The translations under genes were made by a program, and so were the position numbers. This document shows positions 24,471 to 32,813 of a stretch of 32,813 nucleotides of DNA, piece after piece. Numbering within the stretch: position 1 is the stretch's first letter; the number at the start of each line of letters is the position of its first letter. Source of the DNA: Sarea resinae (lineage: Eukaryota); the NCBI GenBank assembly GCA_026026165.1, contig JAPEUD010000041.1, forward strand, positions 186,001 through 218,813. Direction: 5' to 3'. The notes beneath the pieces were generated by a model. It ran no database searches. It saw only the letters and a program-made list of their open reading frames with translations, and was not told the DNA's origin.

Positions 24471-24822
24471 TCACTGCTCTTGCTCCTGCTCGCCGCCCTC
24501 CGCCAACCGCCGATTTCGTCTCTCTAGCCTTCGGGTCCTCAATCGCTCCAACTCGGCCTGAATATCTTCCTTCTCAAACGGAATGCGATTCGTCTCTTCG
24601 GGCTTAGGCCAGAAACCAGGCACGGTGAATCGGCTATCGAGGTTGGTGCCAAAGTAGTACATGAAACCGATAGGAAACATGATGTAGACGCCGAACTATA
24701 GCCATAACCAAGCACGGTATTAGCATACAATCGTAGCTGATAGGAATCCGAGAGTGTCGAGATGGTGAAAAACGGGGGACGAGATGCATTACCTTGAGAA
24801 CTTCAAGATTAGGCCCGGCCAT
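24471..24822 (-). CDS. PET100: Cytochrome c oxidase assembly factor Pet100
   Basis: MAGPNLEVLK|FGVYIMFPIGFMYYFGTNLDSRFTVPGFWP...EDIQAELERLR matches the Pet100 pattern. Exons 24822-24793 and 24695-24471. Confidence 0.92.
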
Positions 24823-25063
24823 TGTGGAAAGACAAAGTGGTCAGTGATCAATATATTCGGCGGAGGTTCGTCTTGAGTGAGTCTGTTGAATAGAACAGGT
24901 CTTTATGAAGGAGGACGCGGTGTGTCTAATATCGAGGTGGACGGATGGCAGATGGTCTGGAGATGAGGCTAAAGTTCCCGTAGTGTCTTTTTGCATCCGA
25001 AGCTGCCTCAAGGTGCGCAGATCTAATCTAATCAGTCACCACAGGCGCCATGTGAGATCGAAG

Positions 25064-25069
25064 CCGAGG
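25064..25069. promoter_or_regulatory. CCGAGG (CCTCGG) FarA/FarB-type fatty-acid response site upstream of ECI1
   Basis: Exact CCGAGG about 250 bp upstream of the ECI1 ATG. CCTCGG is the known Aspergillus FarA/FarB core in beta-oxidation and peroxisomal gene promoters, but a 6-mer can occur by chance. Confidence 0.5.
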
Positions 25070-25317
25070 CACAAAGCGTCATTCTACCCCGGATAATCCA
25101 GCGAGATGTGGGGGAGGCAAGTAAGGGCATCCCAAACTCCATTGCCGTTATCACCATTTGCCTTCCGCATAATTGATCGAATTGCCTTCAACACGAGTAC
25201 TACATGAACCTCATAGAACGTATTGCGCTCTAAACCTGGACTCCATATCCTCTACACAATCTCCGTCTCAAAAACCCCCGCCGCCGCTGCATCTGCCAGC
25301 TCAGTACACAACCCAGC

Positions 25318-26317
25318 ATGTCCTCTCCCTCTTCTTCCACAAAGCTCATAACCCTCACCATCCGCGGCAAAATCGCCATAATAACGCTCAACAACCCTTC
25401 CAAACTCAACGCGCTGACACAGCCCCTCTACCTCCTTCTCGCGCAGCACATGCGCACCGCGGCCGCGAATCCAGAAACATACATCACGCTCCTAACGGGC
25501 ACAGGGCGCTACTTTTCAGCGTAAGGGAAGATCCCATCCAGTCCAGTCCACCCTCTTGCCCTCCCTCTCACATTCCAAAGCCCACCCGAAGCCAATCCTC
25601 GAAGCTCAAAACTAACCACGAACCCCTCTCCTCAGCGGCGCCGACACAAGCATATCCCGGCCCTCCCCCACCGAGGCTTCAGAAGCCCGACTATACTGGC
25701 AACACCACTTCCTGTCGACGAACCTGGCCATCACTTCGCTCTTCTCAACCCACCCGAAGATCCTCATCACGGCCCTCAACGGCCCCGCCATCGGCCTCTC
25801 GGCCGCGCTCATCGCGCATTCCGACTTCATCTACGCCGCGCCTTCGGCGTTCCTCCTGACGCCCTTCACCGCGCTGGGCCTAGTGACCGAGGGCGGCGCG
25901 AGCCGGGCCTTCGTGCAGCGCATGGGCGCCGCGACCGCGAACGAGGCACTGATCATGGGCAAGCGAATCGGCGTCGACGAGCTCGTGCGGACGGGGTTCG
26001 TGAACGGTGTCTTCGACCCGCAGGAAAGCGAGAGAGGCGCACAGCAGAAGCGCGGCGGTGAGGTGTCCACGGGTTCGGATGCGAGTAGCACGTTTCTGGA
26101 CATGGTCGTGGCCCATGTCGAGGAGCAGCTTCTCAATCGCGATCTGAATCCCGACTCGCTGCTGCTTGTCAAGGAGCTGATCAAACGGCCCGAGAAGGCC
26201 GTTATGGAGTCGCAGAATGTGGCCGAGGTGCTGGCGGGTCTGGAACGTTTCGTCGAGGGGATACCGCAGCGGGAGTTCGGGAGGCTGAGCAGGGGAGAGC
26301 GGAGACATAAGTTGTGA
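25318..26317 (+). CDS. ECI1: Peroxisomal delta3,delta2-enoyl-CoA isomerase (crotonase fold) with PTS1
   Basis: IAIITLNNPSKLNAL, TLLTGTGRYFSA|GAD, KILITALNGPAIGLSAALIAHSDFIYA, PFTALGLVTEGGAS; C-terminal RHKL is a PTS1. Exons 25318-25520 and 25636-26317. Confidence 0.92.
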
Positions 26318-26465
26318 ATGCAGTCGACGACGCGATGTTGCATATTACATTTAACGTACCGTGGGAATAATAATGGGCATTCAGGTGCTCTTTATAAAGT
26401 AGTAACAATTCTTTTGGAAGCATTAAATTGCCCTTTTTTGCGGATGATATTATAGATGAAAAACA

Positions 26466-28970
26466 TCAGAAGATCAACAACCCACCACCTCGGGGTCGCC
26501 CAACCCTTCCCCCGCCGCCGCTCGCACCTGCGCCTCCCCCGACTCCATCGCATTCATCGCGGCCCAATTCATAGCTGAGGACAGAATTATCGTAGTAATG
26601 CAACAGCAATCTGTACCGCCTCGTCCCTTCCACAGCTCTCCAAGCCTCCCCGTCGCCTCTTCCTTGCCCTCTTGACTCATCACTGCCTTCGCTTGTGTCA
26701 TCACCAGCATCGTCACTATCATCTTCATCGTCGTCGTCCTCGAGTCCTCTCTTCCTCTTTCCGGCATTTGTAGCCCGCACCCTTATCTCCCTCCCCTGTA
26801 TCGGTCCCGCACTGATACCCAAGAGCGGCACGTCTGGTCTCTGCCCCTGCGCCTCCTGGCTGCGAAACGGGAGGATACGATCGATGCGGAAGGCTTCCTG
26901 GTCTGTGCCATCGCCCCATGGTGTATTGATTCCCCCAAGGACGTCCTCTTCCTTCTGGCCCCTCGGACCATTATCCTTCTTTTTCTTAGATGCTTTCTTG
27001 CCTTTCATATCCGTATACCTCGTCAACCTAAGCACAACGACGCGTCCGATCTGCGACCCGACAACCACGACGCCGAGCTCGGGAATCTGCACCAGGAGGT
27101 TCAACCTGTCTATCTGATCGAGGTGTTGGAGGGCTGGTGGTAGGCGCTGGAGGAGCGGAGCCTGGGCTGCAATGGTGGGCCGCGAGCGTAGCGGAGGGCG
27201 GGATACGAACCGCAGGTCCGTTTCTGTAGTGTGGAGGATCGAGAAGGGGAGGGGTTCATTCTGCTGGGAGGAGGTAGGGAAGGTGGTAGGCGTGAGAGTT
27301 GATCGGCGAGGAGTGGGAGGAGAAAAAGTAGTCGTACTGGCAGTGCTGATGGAGGAAGGAGAATGTTGTTCTTCGGCCGCGTAGTCATTATCAAGGGCGA
27401 GAATTTGGCTGTTGAGGTTAGGACTCGGTAACGTGCTGGATTCTGAGAGTTGGTCAAGAAGAAAGAACTCAGGGGCAACATCGATTTCGTTATCGTTATC
27501 GCCGTCATCTTCAATATCGCCGTCACCATAGTTCTCCTCGTCATCATCTTCATCGTCCACCACATCTACAATGTCGCCAGGTATGGAAGGATTAAGACCA
27601 CTCCATCCCGAATGCCAGATAGAAGTATCGCGGACCTCCTGTCGCGAGGCAGTAATGTCCCATGCGCCTTTTATGAGTTCTGGTTTGCATCCGAAAGTTT
27701 CTCTGATGGTGCGCGTGGCGCGAAAGGAACGGGGATCGATACAAAGTACTCCCCAACCGCGCCTTGAGAAATTTTGTGGTTAATATTATAGACGATGGCC
27801 ACTGTTGTTTATTGTTGAATAACGAATGTAGGTGAGCTTACCTTGATTCTGTGGAGAAGGCACCGTACGGTACTCTCATGAGCGACTGCTGACCGAATTT
27901 ATACACCTTGATTGTCTTCCGACCCCATACATCCCAGATCACCATACATCCCGCAATGTCTGTGCTCACAAGCCATTTTCCGTGAAGATCATCATCCGTG
28001 TTGCAAAAAGTCACGCTTGGCACGTTCTCCTGATGAGCTATGAGAGATATCTTGAAATTGACATCTCTTCGAGCAAAGTGTGTGTTGATGTAGTCATGCC
28101 ATGCTGATGAGATAAGAAGCGCGGAGGACTGCATGGCGTCATTTTCATTTGGGGGCTCGGGACTGTTATTCTCGTTTTGTTGGGTGAGCCCAAAAGCATA
28201 GACAGTAATGGCATGTGTATTGGCGCTGACTGCGATCATTCGAGCAGCCTTATGTATGGCCAATCCCCAGGCGCTCATGCCGACATTTTCGAGAAAGAAG
28301 TGTCTGACTTCATCCATCCTAGTAGTCCCATTTCCTGAAGCGTCGACCTCCTTTACTAGGTCCGCACGCTCGACGGCATGAGCGATACTGCGAATACTGT
28401 AAGCCACAACGTCGCCATCATCACATGCACAGCAGAGAATCTCATCATCTCCCAGGTCTCCAACTATTAGATGATTGATTGCATGAGGGGGTGCTCGGTG
28501 GTCAATGTAGCCAGGAAGGCCTGGTCGAGAGACGGGCGGACTCAGAACTATTGCTGGCTTGGAGGAGAGGCTCTGATAGGGGAATTGCGGTCGATAGACA
28601 TGAATCTTATCCATGTAGCCCGCAAAGTAGAGGTTTCGAGTCTGTGAAAGAGCCGTCTGTGGTGATAATGCATGTTACCAATCTGCTCAGTGAGGCCCGA
28701 ATGACGGAGCTTACTAGGTTGTTCCTCCAGGGGGCACATCGCGGTGGCTGTCTATCTTCGTAGCTAAATTAAGTTCAGCCAACGTTCAATAGAGCTCTTG
28801 TTGGGTTATCATACGGAGGAAACTGCCGTAGGTAGGCATACCAAACCATTAGCAATTGTCCAAAGTCCGCCAGGCGCGCACACGACCAAACTCACCCGTT
28901 CTTCGCCTTTCTGAACACCAGAGACGAGCACGTTTGTCTCTTCAAAGCCTCTCCCTTCGTCCTCCATCAT
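26466..28970 (-). CDS. CRT10: CRT10-family WD40-like protein
   Basis: WRNNL|TALSQTRNLYF, PHAINHLIVGDLGDDEILCCACDDGDVVAY, SAWGLAIHKAARMIAVSANTH, HQENVPSVTF, RGWGVLCIDPRSF, DRLNLLVQIPELGVVVVGSQIGRV and RRYRLLLHYYDNSVLSYEL. Exons 28970-28896, 28822-28815 (8 nt), 28763-28715, 28656-27842, 27762-26466. The two 5' exons are less certain. Confidence 0.88.
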
Positions 28971-29088
28971 GAGGATGTGTTAGGCTTTATTTGATGCATG
29001 TCATTCATTGTCAACAAGAGGGCAAGTGATTCAAGTCGTGTTCACCGCATTGGCAAAAGAAGAGATGACGTTGCGCCACAAGCGAATG

Positions 29089-29098
29089 TTATCGATAA
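29089..29098. promoter_or_regulatory. TTATCGATAA palindrome (inverted double GATA) in the CRT10 promoter
   Basis: Perfect 10-bp palindrome about 120 bp upstream of the CRT10 ATG, next to an AT-rich TAAATATAATAT stretch. Confidence 0.4.
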
Positions 29099-31654
29099 GC
29101 AATTGCCCTAAATATAATATTTGCTGGACCGTGCACGAAACGAGATCAGTCACGCATGACACAATAAATGCAGCTCCTTCATTCTGATCGTATCCAGCAC
29201 ATTGGGATCACTATGGTATACACTTCAAAGTCAAAAGAAAATTCAAGTTCGCTGGCAAGATTCTTGAGATTGAGTCTAGTGTATTGTATCATCCGAATGG
29301 AACCCATTTCAGCCCCTGCAAGCATAGCTATCCGCCATCGTCCTCGTCTCACACCCGCTCTATGTCTATGTCTTTTCCGTTGCCTGATCCGCTCTATGTT
29401 GAACAAACGCTGTCGACTAACTGACTCCATCATAATATCGAATCGCCTATGTACAAAGCTCTGGCCGTCAAGTTGAAGCTCAGTACCTCTCTAGCATTCG
29501 CTGTTGTGGTTTTTTGTTCGCCGCTAGTAGAAGAGAAGCCGTGGCTTACTGGTAGCCGCCTCGATCCATGGAGAAGCTAATGAGAATGCGATATAATAAG
29601 GTTTGGTGGGTAATCAACGGTGAGTGTTCGAAGGCGAATGTTCAATATGGAAGTTGAACCACCAAAAAAGATGATATCGTGGCGGCAGTGGGATCTGATG
29701 TTGGGAGCTGAACGATGGCGTGTCTATTGGTATCCTCCTCGACCCATGACTGCAAATGTTGAAATTGGTAGGGTGTTCAAAAAGTAAAGGTTGCGAGCCT
29801 TGGAGAAGATGCAAAACTGGAGGATGACTTGAACGGCAACGAACTGCGGTTTGGAGGATCGCGGAAGATGACTATTGCTTGGCTTTCGTTCGATTATGCT
29901 GCAGGGAGAGTTCTTGTTGATGCTCGAGGATGATGATAGAGGATATGTTTGTTTGCTGACTTGATTTGCTGATGTTCTTGATTGGAATTGATGTACTTTG
30001 AATCGAAGATACTGGGACGTCTTATATGAAAGACCGCAATGCAATAGATCCACGATGCAGGAAGAAGCCTCAGACAATAACACGAGAACGTCCACTCTAC
30101 ATCCATGCAAACATAACATTGCCAGCTATAGATCTGCACGTCCAGGGCTCGCCGACCTGAGGGAAGCCTGAAGATCGACCAGCCGTCCCTGCAGCCAGGT
30201 TGCCGGGAACATCGTAAACATCACAACATGTCTGTAACTGAACACTGCAAAGCCACAAACGGCCTTTCGGAAGTAGATCAAGACTGAGACCTACCTACTT
30301 TAGATCCCGGCGCAACTAACAGCCACCTCCCGTCAAGGTCTGCGCCATAGCCTCGGTGCCTCACAGCTCTAGCGCAGCCGCCTTGGATAACTCAGGCACC
30401 AACAGGGTATCCAAATCTTGGTCGACGAGAACGATTACAGAACCCAAACGGCCGAGAAAGGAGGAATCGAGGCTAGTCGAGTACGCCTACACACCAACAT
30501 AAGCCTTGACTCCTTCTGATCTCAGCTGTGACATCTTTCCGAAGGTAGAGAATCTCCGGCTTCGAGAAGGCCACGGGAAGCCAAGCCAACGTTGGCCTGG
30601 GGCTGGAGATACGGGGCATGACAGCATAGCAAGCGGTAATACATGGTGAAGGTTGTGTCCCAAGCGTGCACTGCATCGGATATCCGATGCAGCTCGGTTC
30701 ATAGATCGCCCACCTTAGTGAGGCCCAATCGGCCGGGCGAACTGATGCAGGAACGAGAGTCATACCAGGTATCCAGCAGCCACCAAAGCTAAACGTCAGA
30801 GTAATCACCGGCTATGTTCATTAGCATACTCCAGCTGATTCTTCACTAGACGTGAGGACGAGTATTGTTAGGTAGGCAGAAGTGAGATCGGAATGACTGT
30901 GATTGACTGGGACTCCATGACTGTGACTGACTAGGTCTGACTGCCTGAGGCTGAGCTGCTCCCACTTGTGGTCATGCTTGCGGTCCCCTTCCAGTTGCCG
31001 AGCGTTGCTGGTCCGCATGATTAGCGAGCGCGCCAGCCGCCCACGCGCATCTCCTTGATTCCTTATTCAGTCAGACTCTGTGCCATTTTTGGCAATTCCA
31101 AGTTCCAACGTTCGTAATGCTAGCCAACGGGAGGTCCGATAACCACCTGGTTTCAATGTTTGGGGGCTTTATGGCCGTATCAAGCACCTACCAACTGCTC
31201 ACCACCATTCACAGCAACATCGCTCCGAACAGTTATTCTTGTTTTCCATCGTAGATCCCGCTCAGGAATCAAGTCGCATTGAGTAGAGTCGTCTGTGGAG
31301 ATTCTAAAGTTAGATCGGCTCGTTCGTACCTGATTCTGAATTTCGAGATAAAGTTTGCGATTCTTTTAGAAATCCAAGAACGGCTACTTCGTATAGTGGG
31401 AGGGCCGAGGCGGTTTGGAAATGGCAATCCATAAAACAAAACATACCAAAAGGTTGGAAAGTAGCTTCCAGATCCCTAGGTTCCTACCCACTAACCCACC
31501 TGAAGTCTATAGTATGCTTCTCACTTTACGCATGGCATCGTCATCCTATTTCGAAAGGACAGGATGGGATAGCACAGCGCCGTGACTAATGATCAATGAG
31601 GTCCTAAGTGCGGGCCAGACTCAAAGTACGAAATACTTCCAGTACTTCTCTCTG

Positions 31655-31690
31655 AAAATTGACGGTCCCTCAGGTAGGACCGTCAATTTT
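31655..31690. repeat. Perfect 14-bp inverted repeat (hairpin) with an 8-nt spacer
   Basis: AAAATTGACGGTCC (31655-31668), spacer CTCAGGTA, GGACCGTCAATTTT (31677-31690). Confidence 0.95.
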
Positions 31691-31955
31691 TCGCTTATGT
31701 AAACAAGTACGTACTACTAGATTATGTAATCCACTATTCACGTAAATCTTCGAAGTTCCCGAAAGATTTATTCACCTAAGGTAGGTAGGTAGGTATTCCT
31801 TGACTACTAGGTATATATATAACACCTCTCTCTCTCTCTTCTCTTTTTTCTCTAACTAAAAACACCACCACTACCACCACGACCACCACCCTGCTGTGCT
31901 CTACCTCCCCCCCCCTAAAATTTTTTTTTCGAAAGCTACGAAATGGAATTTGAAT

Positions 31956-32813
31956 ATGAGTACTCCCCTAGCCAATGGCTCTGTGGCTAGCACCTCCTAA
32001 CGTTGCAAACTATGACTGCTGAGTAAGTTTATTTTCTTATCGAATGCTTAACATCAATTTTCAATATTTTCGAAGTTTTACTTTTCTTTTTTTCGGAATT
32101 TTCGAAGCTTTTCTTCCTTGCATTTTACAATTCTTCTGCCTTTTTTTTCATAATTTTTGCAACTTTTCAATCTTTTTTCGAAATTTTCGAAATTCATTTT
32201 TTTGTTAATTTTCGGAATTTTCGAATCCTGACTTTGAAATAGCTAACGCAAAGCGGCCTACGAGGCTCGTTAGGGTAAGGATGCCTGCCTAGACTCAGAG
32301 GATGCAGACAGTCTCTCTGCAGAAGAACTTCTCAGGTAAGCTTTTAACTTCCTTTATTTAATATTTCTTTATTTGATAGAATTTTCGGAAATTACGAATA
32401 TTGTGCTAATTAATTTTTTAGATGCAACTTCTGGGTCAAGGATCGCAAGAGCTTCCCCCTTTGTTACTTGTGCTAGGCCTCGAACGCCCCTCGCCCTACA
32501 GGAGCGGAGGAGCCTCTCAGCCTCGACGACAAGGACTTGCTGAAGTGTGGCCACCTGTACGAGGTAAGTCTAAAAAATTTCAAATTTTTCATTAATTTTC
32601 GAAAATATTGAATTTTTCTAAACTTTCGAGATTTTCGAAATTAATGTCTAACTCTAATGTAGCCATCCGCCTTCGAGATGTGGATGGTCACGCAAAAGAT
32701 AAGCGGGCAGGAAAACAACGCCGAAGTAAGTATAATTCTCTATTCAATTCTTTTTTTTCTATTTCTTTTCTATTTTTTTCTTTTTTTTTAATTTTCGAAA
32801 TTTACTAAATTTA
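31956..32813 (+). pseudogene. Multi-exon gene of unknown family with in-frame stops; 3' part outside window
   Basis: Exons 31956-32022, 32254-32335, 32422-32563, 32663-32725, bounded by GTAAGT/GTAAGC donors and CTAAC/CTAAT branch points plus AG. Translation: MSTPLANGSVASTS*RCKL*LLTAYEAR*GKDACLDSEDADSLSAEELLRCNFWVKDRKSFPLCYLC*ASNAPRPTGAEEPLSLDDKDLLKCGHLYEPSAFEMWMVTQKISGQENNAE. Exon 1 start and frame are the least certain. Confidence 0.7.

Larger units (their letters stand above)
31655..32813 (+). mobile_element. Putative left end of a mobile element of unknown class, RIP-affected, running past the window edge
   Basis: Hairpin at a shift to AT-rich sequence, repeated subterminal-like motifs, and a multi-intron gene with C->T-type stops whose intron composition differs from the host genes. 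No transposase or recombinase motif is visible inside the window. Confidence 0.5.

Noticed and set aside
31956..32563. Stop-codon reassignment or readthrough as the explanation of the in-frame stops
   Set aside because: All three stop types occur and neighbouring genes end normally at TAG/TGA, so C->T mutation is more parsimonious.
32369..32808. ORFs 32369-32554 (-) and 32608-32808 (+) in the track
   Set aside because: They run through AT-rich intron sequence; the spliced plus-strand model explains the region better.
1..32813. tRNA, rRNA, CRISPR array, telomere repeats, secondary-metabolite cluster
   Set aside because: I saw no cloverleaf, rRNA-like segment, spaced direct-repeat array, TTAGGG tract or PKS/NRPS motif. 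A tRNAscan-SE/Infernal run is needed to exclude small ncRNAs.

Overview
Eukaryotic, intron-containing DNA from a filamentous ascomycete (Pezizomycotina-type genes, short GT-AG introns with CTRAY branch points); I cannot place it more precisely. Bases 1-29,000 hold nine housekeeping-type genes, with exon structures rebuilt by hand: CSE1 (5'-truncated), COG1-like, a mitochondrial DUF1640/CCDC90-family gene, an uncharacterised PH-like protein, LAA1/HEATR5, TACO1/YebC family, PET100, peroxisomal ECI1 and CRT10. Two spacers (6.1-7.1 kb and 11.2-16.4 kb) are dense in microsatellites. The most unusual part is the last ~1.2 kb. There, a perfect 14-bp inverted repeat sits at a change in composition and is followed by a 4+-exon gene that the ORF track misses. 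Its exons join in one consistent frame but contain four stops, each explicable by C->T (RIP-like), and its AT-rich introns are built from a repeated TTTTCGAAA palindromic motif. This is a candidate left end of a large mobile element that continues past the window. Other points: an inferred 8-nt microexon in CRT10, three GAGGnnCCTC palindromes upstream of the DUF1640 gene, and adjacency of two complex IV biogenesis genes. All calls come from reading the sequence; no searches were run.
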